From positions 1-52,365 of the forward strand of contig VGKT01000003.1 of assembly GCA_016866955.1 (NCBI GenBank): a DNA stretch of 52,365 bases, in the 5' to 3' direction. This document shows, one piece after another, positions 43,299-52,275 of this stretch. Within the stretch, counting starts at the first letter, position 1, and every line of letters starts with the position of its first letter. The notes under the pieces were generated by a model. That model saw only the letters and a list, made by a program, of their open reading frames with translations, was not told the origin of the DNA and ran no database searches. Position numbers and translations under genes: made by a program. The stretch is from Candidatus Pacearchaeota archaeon (lineage in GTDB: Archaea; Nanobdellota; Nanobdellia; Pacearchaeales; GW2011-AR1).

Positions 43299-44186
43299 AT
43301 GAAAAATCGTGGCAAACGTAATGTTGCTGAAGTAGCAGAGAGACGTATGCAGTCTCGACGCCAACTTCTTGCTGCTCTGGGTATTGGAGTCGGAGGAGTG
43401 GCAGCAGCATTCTTACTTCTTGGTACTGGAAGCGCATTACGCATGAATAAATCTGCTCCTTCCGCAGTTCCTTCTTCTGGAATGATTACCTTTGATAATG
43501 CAAGAAGTACTCATTCACTTCGACAACAATTTCTCGATCAACTTGTGAGTACGAATCAAATTCCCTATTGCACTGGAGTAGTGTATGACCATGATGGAAG
43601 TAAGATACAAGCATATTTTCAATCTGTAGGGGCTACTGAATTTATCGGAGGAAAAGCATCCGTTTTTCATAACGGAAACTATGATATTAAAACACCTGAC
43701 GTACTTAATCGTGCAGGACAAGGACATGCTGTGCCTATTTTTGTAGGGAGGCAACCGTTTGAAGCAAATTCTTTTTCATATATGAATGCAGAAGATCTTC
43801 GACATATCATTGTTGCGCATGAAGGCCAGCATTGCCAACAACATGCAAAAGGATTGCCCTATCTTTCACCTAGCGAAACACTTGCTGGATTACAAGAAGG
43901 AAAGATTCACCCTATTTTTCTCTATCATATTGCAGAACATGATGCCTATCTCCATGATTTACCTCGTTTATTACGTGGAGAATTCAAAGCAAGTGAGTAC
44001 CATATCAATGACGCCAAACAACGTTTTATTCAAAATGGCTTCAATTTAACCAGAGCAAGTCGAATTGCCCGACCGTTGGAATTACGCCTATTTCAGGGAG
44101 TAATGAGTGGTGTTCAAATGGAGCCCCTCTTACGGGATCTTTCAGTTCCCTCTTCTCATTACGAAGCAATGAAAAGGTTTAAATAG
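43299..44186 (+). CDS. Tat-signal protein with an HExxH motif (putative secreted or anchored zinc metallopeptidase-like)
   Basis: QSRRQLLAALGIGVGGVAAAFLLLG is a twin-arginine-like signal. VAHEGQHCQQH contains HExxH. A GCTTTAAAAG box lies about 29 nt upstream. Confidence 0.6.
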   Translation: MKNRGKRNVAEVAERRMQSRRQLLAALGIGVGGVAAAFLLLGTGSALRMNKSAPSAVPSSGMITFDNARSTHSLRQQFLDQLVSTNQIPYCTGVVYDHDGSKIQAYFQSVGATEFIGGKASVFHNGNYDIKTPDVLNRAGQGHAVPIFVGRQPFEANSFSYMNAEDLRHIIVAHEGQHCQQHAKGLPYLSPSETLAGLQEGKIHPIFLYHIAEHDAYLHDLPRLLRGEFKASEYHINDAKQRFIQNGFNLTRASRIARPLELRLFQGVMSGVQMEPLLRDLSVPSSHYEAMKRFK

Positions 44187-44319
44187 CAATTTGAGATTTA
44201 GATGGTAAGAACTCACGTTCATATTCACCGCCCTCTGGGCATCATTGGTACTCAGTACCGTAGAATTTGTTTGTTCTCCCTTTACGACGGGACAGCTGAT
44301 AGGTCGTTTATTAGAAACT

Positions 44320-45492
44320 ATGGCAAAAGTAAGTCCAGTATCCATTAAGTACATGATCCATGCAGCGTTCACCGCAGCTGGACCTCTTGAAAAACCAGAC
44401 GTGATTGGGGCTATTTTTGGTCAAACAGAAGGATTATTGGGTGAAGCGCTTGAAATGCGTGATTTACAGAAAGAAGGTAAGATTGGACGTATTGAAGTTG
44501 ATTTAGAGATTGTGGATGGTAAGAGCGTGGGTAGTTTACAAGTACCAAGTGCTTTAGACAAATCTGAAACTACGATTATTGCTGCAGCTTTAGAAACCAT
44601 TGACCGCATTGGTCCAACTGAAGCACAGATTGTTGTTAATAAGATTGAAGATGTTCGTGGAAGTAAGCGTGATTTCATTATTGCACGTGCTAAAAAACTC
44701 TTAGAAGGACTTGATGGCTCTGGTGGAGAGATTGGTGAAATGAGTAAGACTTTGAAAGAAGAAAATCGTGTTGCAAAGATCCAAGAATATGGTGAAGAGA
44801 AATTACCTGCTGGAGATTTATCTGGAAACGAAATTATTGTATGTGAAGGACGTGCTGATGTGGTCAATCTTTTGAAGAATCGCGTGAACAATGTTATCGG
44901 TATGAATGGAACAAAATTACCTGCTGAAATTGCTCGTTTGGGTATGACAAAAGAAATCACTTTGTTCGTTGACGGTGACCGTGGAGGGAAATTAATTGCT
45001 CAAAACGTTATCAATAATGCAAAAATTGCATTCGTTGCAGTTGCTCCTGATGGAAAAGAAGTAGAAGAACTCCAAGGTAAAGAAATCTTACTGGCACTTC
45101 GTCGAAAAATAACGGTTAAAGAATATCTTGCACTTGATCGTAAGTTTGGTCGATTCTCAGGCCATCAAGATGCTGAATCAGCTCCTGAACCTGCTGCTCG
45201 TCCTGAACCTACTGTTGAAGGCAAAAAGGCCGTACGTGATGCATTTGAAAAGATTCGTGACTCCAAATCTGCTGTTTTGTTAGATGGAAATGGCTCAGTT
45301 ATCAAACAAGTGGGTGCTCGTGAAGTTGGTAAAGCTGTTGCATATAGCAAACAACCTATTTTTGCTGTGGCAATTGATGGTCAGGCAACTAGCGCGGTTA
45401 TCAAAACCTGTGATGAATTTGGTGTTCAATTCTGTGGAGCAACCACTTTTGGTAGCGTCGAAGATACTGCTGTTAAATTAGTTAGTTTGTAA
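44320..45492 (+). CDS. dnaG: Archaeal DnaG primase-like Toprim protein
   Basis: KYMIHAAF...EKPDVIGAIFGQTEGLLG is the archaeal DnaG N-terminus. Toprim motifs are IIVCEGRADVVNL and VDGDRGG. The track start at 44245 is TTG, whereas the ATG at 44320 matches family N-termini. Confidence 0.85.
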   Translation: MAKVSPVSIKYMIHAAFTAAGPLEKPDVIGAIFGQTEGLLGEALEMRDLQKEGKIGRIEVDLEIVDGKSVGSLQVPSALDKSETTIIAAALETIDRIGPTEAQIVVNKIEDVRGSKRDFIIARAKKLLEGLDGSGGEIGEMSKTLKEENRVAKIQEYGEEKLPAGDLSGNEIIVCEGRADVVNLLKNRVNNVIGMNGTKLPAEIARLGMTKEITLFVDGDRGGKLIAQNVINNAKIAFVAVAPDGKEVEELQGKEILLALRRKITVKEYLALDRKFGRFSGHQDAESAPEPAARPEPTVEGKKAVRDAFEKIRDSKSAVLLDGNGSVIKQVGAREVGKAVAYSKQPIFAVAIDGQATSAVIKTCDEFGVQFCGATTFGSVEDTAVKLVSL

Positions 45493-45536
45493 TTATTTTC
45501 TATAAGCTTTATATAGGATTACTTCTTTTATTGTTG

Positions 45537-46916
45537 ATGGTGGTGACACAGGGTGTACGGTATGTGAATCGTTCCCCTTGGCTTCATCAACTTCGTTCTA
45601 TTCGCCGAGTACGAACAAAATTACGCTCGCATGCTCGTGCTAAAACAGTGATCATTGGAGGAGGAATTGCTGGTGTGATGACTGCTTATTTCTTATTACG
45701 TGATACACGAACCAATGTTACGTTAATAGAAGCAACAAAAATTGCACATGGGGCTACAGGGCATAATGCAGGACAGATTGTGAGTTATTTTGAACGTTCT
45801 TTCTCAGACATTGTGCAAGAATATGGCCTTACTCTTGCTGCTCGAGGTCAAGAAGAGATTATCAGTGCCTGGAAGTTACTTAAATCAATCTATGCAGATG
45901 TCCCCCTCACTGCAGAATTTTCTCATTTTATAGGTTATGCAGGATGTAGCACTTTAGCACAAGTAGTGAGTCACCTTGAAAATAAACGTCTTCGTGCACT
46001 TGCTAAACTTCGTCTTGAGGAAGTATACCTTTCTGACCGTGCTCCTTTTTTGAAACAAATTCCTGGCAAATATAAGCAGTTATACACGGTGGTTCCTCAT
46101 GAAAAAATTACTCAGCTTCTTGAAACACGAGATACGTATTATGCCGCTTTTGCCTCTAAAAAAGGTTGTTTAAATGGTGCACTCTTTACTGAAGAATTAG
46201 TGGGGTATTTACTCACTACCTATCCTCGTCGTTTTACATTGTACGAGCATACACCGATTAAAGCACTTGCTTTGGGAACACACCCTGTTCTTACCACCAA
46301 ACAGAACAAAAAAATTACTGCACAACGCGTGGTACTCTGCACGAATGGATTTGAACAATTTACCATTACCGATTCAGAAGGTTCTGCAATTAATACCTTA
46401 TTTCATGATTATATACGAGGAGTAGTCGGTTATATGGCAGGATATATTGACCAAACCCCAAAAAAACCTTTTGCAGTCAGTTACTTTTCTCCCTTATTTA
46501 CTAAACGTGAAGATCCTTACTTCTATGTAACGCGCCGTGCGTTTGAATTAACAAAGAAACGAACGGATACGCTTGTTTGTATTGGAGGACCTGAAGTCTT
46601 TTTAGATGATCATACCGCTTACAAACGACATCGCCCTTATTTTGTGAAGCGAGAGAAAGAAATTGATTCTTTTGTAACTAAAACACTTGCGTTTGCACCC
46701 CTTCATCCCTTGTATCGTTTTCATTGGCATGGCCTTATGGGCTATACGCGTAATGGTTTACGAGCTATTGGTGCTCATCCTCGTCATCCTTCTTTCTTTT
46801 TAAACTTAGGATGTAATGGGGTAGGTATTTTGCCAAGCATTTATGGAGGGTATCGGATTGCACGACTTATTGCGGGCATAAAGCTCCCTCCTTCTATTTT
46901 TGATGTGAAGTTGTAA
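45537..46916 (+). CDS. FAD-dependent oxidoreductase (DAO family-like)
   Basis: Dinucleotide fold VIIGGGIAGVMTAYFL near the N-terminus. About 460 aa. A GCTTTATATAGG box lies about 27-33 nt upstream. The start could be the TTG at 45531 or the ATG at 45537. Confidence 0.7.
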   Translation: MVVTQGVRYVNRSPWLHQLRSIRRVRTKLRSHARAKTVIIGGGIAGVMTAYFLLRDTRTNVTLIEATKIAHGATGHNAGQIVSYFERSFSDIVQEYGLTLAARGQEEIISAWKLLKSIYADVPLTAEFSHFIGYAGCSTLAQVVSHLENKRLRALAKLRLEEVYLSDRAPFLKQIPGKYKQLYTVVPHEKITQLLETRDTYYAAFASKKGCLNGALFTEELVGYLLTTYPRRFTLYEHTPIKALALGTHPVLTTKQNKKITAQRVVLCTNGFEQFTITDSEGSAINTLFHDYIRGVVGYMAGYIDQTPKKPFAVSYFSPLFTKREDPYFYVTRRAFELTKKRTDTLVCIGGPEVFLDDHTAYKRHRPYFVKREKEIDSFVTKTLAFAPLHPLYRFHWHGLMGYTRNGLRAIGAHPRHPSFFLNLGCNGVGILPSIYGGYRIARLIAGIKLPPSIFDVKL

Positions 46917-47008
46917 GAGTGTTTAGTATTTGTTTTCTCTTCTTGCTCTGTTACTCCCCTCTTCAGATAACATAGCTTTATAGAGGGGAAGCTCCTGAGA
47001 AAACTATC

Positions 47009-47329
47009 ATGAAGCGTATTCTTTCTTTGGGTGTGCTTGCTGGTTGTTTACTCTCATCAGGATGTGTTGTAGAACGTGCTTCATTTTTAGGAAAACCTCT
47101 TCACTCTTCTGAAACGCCTGCAGTTGTGCGTTCTGCCCCTTTTCCTTCTCCTTCTTCCTCTCCTGTTTCATCTGGAACTTCGATAGACTATCGCGCTCCT
47201 TCTGCTGAACGGGTCACTTCTCGATTACATACTAGTTCTTCTTATGCTCCTTCTTCTCCCAATGAACCGCGTGGATGGACTCTTTTTTCGTTTGAATTCC
47301 GCGATCATTATCGTCCTGATCAAAAATAA
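47009..47329 (+). CDS. Small putative lipoprotein with a Ser/Pro-rich body
   Basis: MKRILSLGVLAGCLLSSGC is a signal peptide with lipobox-like Cys residues. A GCTTTATAGAGG box lies about 30 nt upstream. Confidence 0.5.
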   Translation: MKRILSLGVLAGCLLSSGCVVERASFLGKPLHSSETPAVVRSAPFPSPSSSPVSSGTSIDYRAPSAERVTSRLHTSSSYAPSSPNEPRGWTLFSFEFRDHYRPDQK

Positions 47330-47379
47330 TATCCTTGCTTAAATTGCCTCTTTTCCAAGTATTATTGCTTTAACTCTTC

Positions 47380-49599
47380 CTAGTTTTTATCTGCTTTCTT
47401 TTCATCCTTTTTTGCAGGTTTGAGATTTTTAAGTGCTGCAAGATTAGGCATTTGAGGAAGACTTTCGGGCATATCCAGATCAGGGAGATTCGCTTTTACT
47501 TTCCCTTTTTGGAGTGCTTGAAATGCTGTTTCAAAGTCTGTCTTTGTAACAGATAATTCGTGTTTCTTATCTTTGTAAACGCGTTTAATGGCTTGCATGC
47601 CCGCATCTCGACAAATACCTGCAAGATCTGCACCCGAATAGCCATTGGTTTGTTTGACTATTGCAGGTAAATCGACATCCTTTGCAAGAGGCATTGCTTT
47701 GGTATGTACGGCAATAATTTTTGTTCGTGTTGCTTCATCTGGTAAAGGTAATGCCACATGTGCATCGAATCTACCAGGGCGAAGAAGCGCTGGATCAATG
47801 AGATCAGGACGATTGGTTGCAGCCATGATCATTACTTGTTCTAATTCTTCAACTCCATCCATTTCGGTAAGTAATTGATTCACTACTTTTTCACTGCTAT
47901 CATTAAATCCAGATCCTCGCGCTTTTGCAATAGAATCAAATTCATCAAAGAAAATAATGCAAGGAGCGACTTGCCGTGCTTTCTTGAAAATGTCACGAAT
48001 GTGCTTCTCTGATTCTCCAACCCATTTACTCGTGAGTTCAGGGCCTTTAATAGAGATAAAGTTAGCATTTGCTTCATTTGCAACTGCTTTTGCCAATAAG
48101 GTTTTACCCGTGCCTGGAGGTCCGGAAACTAAAATGCCCTTGCTTGGTTTGATACCTGCTTGGGTAAAGAGTTCTGGTTTGAGTAAAGGAAGTTCAACAA
48201 GTTCGCGAAGTTTTTCTTTTACTTCTTCTAAGCCCCCCACATCTGCCCAGGTTATATGCGGTTTGTGAATGAGTACTTCACGCATGGCAGAAGGCTCTAC
48301 AATTTTGAACGCATCTAAGAAATGTTGTCGGTTTACTTTAATCTTATCCAAAATATCAGTAGGGATTTTATCTTGCATTGTTTTGAGTTGTTGGAAATAC
48401 GGTTTGATTGATTTGAGCGCTGCTTCTTTACAGAGTACTTCTAAATCTGCCCCGGTATAACCGATTGTTTTATGCGCAATTTCATCAAATTGAATATCTT
48501 TATCTAAAGGCATACCACGTGTATGGATTTTGAGAATTTCTTTTCTTCCTTGTTCATCAGGTGCATTAATTTTTAATTCTCTATCGAACCGTCCTGGTCT
48601 GCGTAATGCTTCGTCGATATCCTCAGGGCGGTTGGTTGCAGCCATGACCACTACTTGTCCACGTGATTTGAGACCATCCATGATGGTTAAGAGTTGGGCA
48701 ACAATTCTCTTTTCAGTGTTATCCGTACCCTCTCCGCGCTTAGGAGCAATCGAATCAATTTCGTCAATGAAAATAATTGCAGGGGCTGACTTTTCTGCTT
48801 TTTCAAACACTTCACGAATGTGTTTTTCAGATTCTCCATAATATTTACTCATAATTTCAGGGCCTGCAATCGAATAGAAGTTTGCCTCTGTTTCGTTCGC
48901 AACTGCTTTTGCCAATAAGGTTTTACCTGTGCCTGGTGGGCCAGTTAACAGTACTCCTTTTGGTGCTCCGACCCCTAGTTTTTGGAAAATTTCAGGATGC
49001 TTCATGGGTAATTCAACCATTTCTCTCACTAATTCTACTTCATTACGTAATCCTCCAATATCTTCGTAGGACACGTTTGTTGCGCGACTATCTGCGGTAT
49101 GGATCTCATCTGAAACAACCACTTTTGTGTTGGTTGCAAGAGCTGCATGTCCTTTCGGAGTGAGTTTGGTGACAACATAAACTAATCGTGTACCGAATAC
49201 GTCAATGACTACTTTTTGATTGAGTGTAATTGGTTTGTTAAGTAGTTTGGTATGGAAATAATCCGTTGGATCATCTGAAAAACTTACTTCTTTGGTAGGG
49301 GAGAGCGTTACCTGTTCTGCTTTAACGAGTTTTGTTGGATGGATTGTTACTTGTTCTCCAATAGAGGTACCGATCGTTGCACGGGTTGTTCCATCTAAAC
49401 GAAGTATGGTGCGGGTTTCATCTTTACTGAGCCCTCGAATAACGCGAATAGGTATCTCTGATTTTCCTTTAACAATAATGGTATCTCCTGATACCAGTCC
49501 GAGGGACTTCATTGTTTTTGAAGAAAGACGAGCAAGCCCTTTGTCAATGTCTGCTTGTAATGCTTCAGCTACTTCGAGAGAAAGTTCTGCTGTTTTCAT
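47380..49599 (-). CDS. cdc48: CDC48/VCP-type AAA+ ATPase (N domain + D1 + D2)
   Basis: Two Walker A motifs (GPPGTGKTLLAKAVANE, twice), Walker B IIFIDEIDS and IIFFDEFDS, and second-region-of-homology segments. 739 aa. Confidence 0.95.
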   Translation of the reverse strand: MKTAELSLEVAEALQADIDKGLARLSSKTMKSLGLVSGDTIIVKGKSEIPIRVIRGLSKDETRTILRLDGTTRATIGTSIGEQVTIHPTKLVKAEQVTLSPTKEVSFSDDPTDYFHTKLLNKPITLNQKVVIDVFGTRLVYVVTKLTPKGHAALATNTKVVVSDEIHTADSRATNVSYEDIGGLRNEVELVREMVELPMKHPEIFQKLGVGAPKGVLLTGPPGTGKTLLAKAVANETEANFYSIAGPEIMSKYYGESEKHIREVFEKAEKSAPAIIFIDEIDSIAPKRGEGTDNTEKRIVAQLLTIMDGLKSRGQVVVMAATNRPEDIDEALRRPGRFDRELKINAPDEQGRKEILKIHTRGMPLDKDIQFDEIAHKTIGYTGADLEVLCKEAALKSIKPYFQQLKTMQDKIPTDILDKIKVNRQHFLDAFKIVEPSAMREVLIHKPHITWADVGGLEEVKEKLRELVELPLLKPELFTQAGIKPSKGILVSGPPGTGKTLLAKAVANEANANFISIKGPELTSKWVGESEKHIRDIFKKARQVAPCIIFFDEFDSIAKARGSGFNDSSEKVVNQLLTEMDGVEELEQVMIMAATNRPDLIDPALLRPGRFDAHVALPLPDEATRTKIIAVHTKAMPLAKDVDLPAIVKQTNGYSGADLAGICRDAGMQAIKRVYKDKKHELSVTKTDFETAFQALQKGKVKANLPDLDMPESLPQMPNLAALKNLKPAKKDEKKADKN

Positions 49600-49979
49600 C
49601 GTTTCGGAATTCTAACCTCCAACATACCATTTCTCAGGGTATACTCAAAGTTCTTTGTATTTGCATCTTCAGGAAGCGTTTTGGTGAGAGTCAGACCTTG
49701 CTCAAGTTTTGCAACAAGATAGTGTTTAATCCCTTCCAAATTCTTTTTTGTCAATTTGATTTCAAGTTCTTTCCCTTTGATTTTGATGAATGCGTCATCT
49801 TCTTCAAATCCAGGGGTTTCAAGAATAAGATAATATGCTTCGTCAGTTTCTAAGAATTCTTCGGTATCTCCTTCTTCTTCCTCTCTTCGTATAACGCGAG
49901 AGCGTCTTCCTGTTCGTCCTCCAAACATTTGATTAACAATATCTTGGAATGGATCGTTGGTGAAAAAGTCGTCTGCCAT
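49596..49979 (-). CDS. hsp20: Small heat shock protein (Hsp20/alpha-crystallin)
   Basis: YYLILETPGFEEDDAFIKIKGKELEIK...EYTLRNGMLEVRIPK is the alpha-crystallin domain pattern. Its stop overlaps the cdc48 ATG (ATGA). Confidence 0.75.
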   Translation of the reverse strand: MADDFFTNDPFQDIVNQMFGGRTGRRSRVIRREEEEGDTEEFLETDEAYYLILETPGFEEDDAFIKIKGKELEIKLTKKNLEGIKHYLVAKLEQGLTLTKTLPEDANTKNFEYTLRNGMLEVRIPKR

Positions 49980-50038
49980 TTTGTGTAGTCACTTCTTGTG
50001 TATACGGATAAGTATATACTATTTAAAGGTTGTGGTTG

Positions 50039-50413
50039 TTACTCGTGTGCGTGTATGTCGAGGCCAACACGAAGACGTTGAACTTCACGATTCATGACCC
50101 TCAGAGAAGGGATAATGGTATGATAGACTTCTTTTTTGTGCCTACGCAAATGCGTCAGAGGAATATGTGTATGTTGTGCGAGCTGTTCCAGAGATTCTTT
50201 GCCTGTTGCTTGAGCAAAATACCCGATTGCTCCTAGAGAAACATGCGTTCCGAGTTTGTCGGAAAGTAACGTTTGTAGTTCAGTCAGTGCTACCACTTGA
50301 TCCATACCCTGCGTGAAATGATGAGAAGCAAGTGTTGATCTGCGATACCGTTGGTGTGCGCGGTAGGCTGCTCCAGCTAGAGAGCACATATGTGTTTCAT
50401 CTGGATAATTCAT
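50039..50413 (-). CDS. Hypothetical protein (124 aa) with a possible HTH (ESLEQLAQHTHIPLTHLRRH)
   Basis: ORF with its own GCTTTAAATAAC box on the - strand about 28 nt upstream. That box overlaps the stop of the upstream gene. The HTH call is only a pattern impression. Confidence 0.45.
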   Translation of the reverse strand: MNYPDETHMCSLAGAAYRAHQRYRRSTLASHHFTQGMDQVVALTELQTLLSDKLGTHVSLGAIGYFAQATGKESLEQLAQHTHIPLTHLRRHKKEVYHTIIPSLRVMNREVQRLRVGLDIHAHE

Positions 50414-50443
50414 GCTCTTTTTGTTAAATGAGGTTATTTAAAG

Positions 50444-51487
50444 CTACGCTCGAGGAATTGACCAATCATAATCCTTGATCTTCTCATCTCGTTCAGGATC
50501 CCAATAGAATGTAGCATCATGTCCTTCTGAAGCACACAGACGGGCCAGGAGAATAGCATGTTCAGCAAGATAGGGTTTTCGTAATCCCCCTTTGAAATTA
50601 TTTGTGGTAGGATCATATATTAAGAGATTATTATGTGCTCGGCGTGAAAATTCTGCGCCTTGCTTAGAGAGCAACATAAAGGGGTTCATTTCCAGAGGTG
50701 TGAGATTATTCTTGTTTTTCCAGAATTCTCGAATAAGGCCGAGATAAGCTGCTCGTTCATGAGGAGCAAAGAGATAGACATCTGACGAGCGATTATCATG
50801 TTCCCATCGATAGCCAAACATAAACGTCTTATGTGTTGGTTCTCCTGCTCTTCCATACTCCGCGCGAATACCCCAAGGGATTGCACGACGTTCAGTGATA
50901 CCTTCGGTAGGTACGTTAACTAACTCGAGGGTATAGCGAGATTGTTTCTTGGTGCGTGAAGGAACAGTGCATATAACTCTTGCCCCTTCTTTACTTACTT
51001 TGCGTGCATCTGCATATGGGGTAACCTGGATACCTCCTGCGCACATTTCAGCATATGCAAAAAGGCGCATTGATTCAGGTACAAAGCAAAAAAGATCCTT
51101 CCGTGTTCTTCTATCAGGGCCTTGCACGGGGAACCACGTATATCCAACGTCAAAAATCTTTTCTTCTCGTTGTGCTTGTAACTTGTCCAGGTCTCGTTTT
51201 CTTATAGCGAGTGGAATGTCCTTACACGCATATGCTTCTTGCTGTGTTTGAGGTTGAGAGGCTTTGATAACCGTTCCATGTTTCAACCATTTTTTCGCTG
51301 ACTCCCATTGAGGAACCTCTCGGTTGAGTAGTGCAGGAGGGAGCAAAGGTTGGTAAAGGGCAAGTGCTTGCGTAGTTGGATCCATAGTAAGTAATCGCTC
51401 AACTAATCCTCGTGATCTAGTAAGTTTCTTCACTTCTAACTCTTCTATCTCTTTTCCTGAACGCTCTGCAAAGAATGATTTTTTCAT
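50444..51487 (-). CDS. Hypothetical protein (347 aa), no recognisable family
   Basis: Long clean ORF with an ATG about 28 nt downstream of an ACTTTATAACC box on its strand. Aromatic- and Arg-rich, with no TM segment or signal peptide. Confidence 0.65.
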   Translation of the reverse strand: MKKSFFAERSGKEIEELEVKKLTRSRGLVERLLTMDPTTQALALYQPLLPPALLNREVPQWESAKKWLKHGTVIKASQPQTQQEAYACKDIPLAIRKRDLDKLQAQREEKIFDVGYTWFPVQGPDRRTRKDLFCFVPESMRLFAYAEMCAGGIQVTPYADARKVSKEGARVICTVPSRTKKQSRYTLELVNVPTEGITERRAIPWGIRAEYGRAGEPTHKTFMFGYRWEHDNRSSDVYLFAPHERAAYLGLIREFWKNKNNLTPLEMNPFMLLSKQGAEFSRRAHNNLLIYDPTTNNFKGGLRKPYLAEHAILLARLCASEGHDATFYWDPERDEKIKDYDWSIPRA

Positions 51488-51632
51488 ATTCTTGTCTATA
51501 CAAGGAGGTTATAAAGTTAGGTGCGATGCAAGAATTAGAGATAATGGTGATGTTTATTAAGTTGGAGGGGAAAATTTGGACGAAACGAGGTGCAACGCCC
51601 CCTTGAGTTGCCAACCCCCAACACTTAATCTT

Positions 51633-52028
51633 TTACTCGGCACAACTGCTCTCGCACTCAAAAAATTTGATTTGACCGTCTGTATAACCTCGTTCACATT
51701 TTTCTACACAAGCTTTACAACTATCAAATCTTGGAGACTTGTCTATCTTGCATTTGCCTTCAATAGTTTGACAACTTATAAATTGACGACAATTATCCCC
51801 TGCCATATAAATCGTAGTACAAGCCTCCGGCACATTTGGACCGCATGTAATATCTAAACCATGACAACTTTCTATTCCACATTTCCCTGAAATTTGTGGC
51901 GGCAATTTTATCGGTTTGTCGGGCCTCTCTTGAATTTTAATTTGATAGTTGTTCCAAATGAAAATGGCTGAAACAACCAAAACAAGACCTATGATTATCC
52001 CGTAAATGAAATTTTTATTTTTCATCAT
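51633..52028 (-). CDS. Small secreted or anchored Cys-rich protein (131 aa, 12 Cys in the ectodomain)
   Basis: N-terminal hydrophobic helix FIYGIIIGLVLVVSAIFIW, followed by 12 Cys in about 90 aa (GKCGIESCHGLDITCGP...CKACVEKCE...CESSC). Confidence 0.6.
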   Translation of the reverse strand: MMKNKNFIYGIIIGLVLVVSAIFIWNNYQIKIQERPDKPIKLPPQISGKCGIESCHGLDITCGPNVPEACTTIYMAGDNCRQFISCQTIEGKCKIDKSPRFDSCKACVEKCERGYTDGQIKFFECESSCAE

Positions 52029-52138
52029 ATTTTTAGATTATAGATTAAGTAAATAAATTTTTCTATATCTGAAAAGCAGGTTGGCAATTTCGTAGAACAT
52101 CGCGATTTAAAGAAGTTCCGAACGAAGTGAGGAATTTG

Positions 52139-52161
52139 GGAAAAATCTTGCAGATTTTTCC
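52139..52161. other. Perfect 10-bp inverted repeat (GGAAAAATCT-tgc-AGATTTTTCC) in a 247-nt non-coding stretch
   Basis: Read directly from the sequence. No ORF ends nearby on either strand, so it is not an obvious terminator. Confidence 0.4.
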
Positions 52162-52275
52162 TCTTAATCGCTGTTATGTGGTGAGCCTGCAAGGCGAACG
52201 AGGGAGCGAAGCGACCGACAGTATGACGCAGGGGTTTTGCTACATTTTTATATAGTGGTAAAATTAATTATATTA

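Noticed and set aside
44245-44319. N-terminal extension of dnaG from a TTG start, as given in the ORF track.
   Set aside because: The 25 extra residues (VLSTVEFVCSPFTTGQLIGRLLET) have no counterpart in archaeal DnaG N-termini. The ATG at 44320 begins the conserved KYMIHA...DVIGAIFGQTEGLLG segment.
48076-48938. 29-nt exact repeat (gcaactgcttttgccaataaggttttacc) inside cdc48.
   Set aside because: The two copies encode the identical Walker A neighbourhood (TLLAKAVANE) of the paralogous D1 and D2 AAA domains. Internal paralogy or gene conversion explains it, so it is not a mobile or regulatory repeat.
50000-51500. I had an impression that the 50-51.5 kb block has higher GC than the rest, which would be a foreign-DNA signature.
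   Set aside because: Spot counts of 60-nt samples gave mixed values, roughly 38% and 50%. Without a proper sliding-window calculation I cannot support a compositional anomaly, so I do not claim one.
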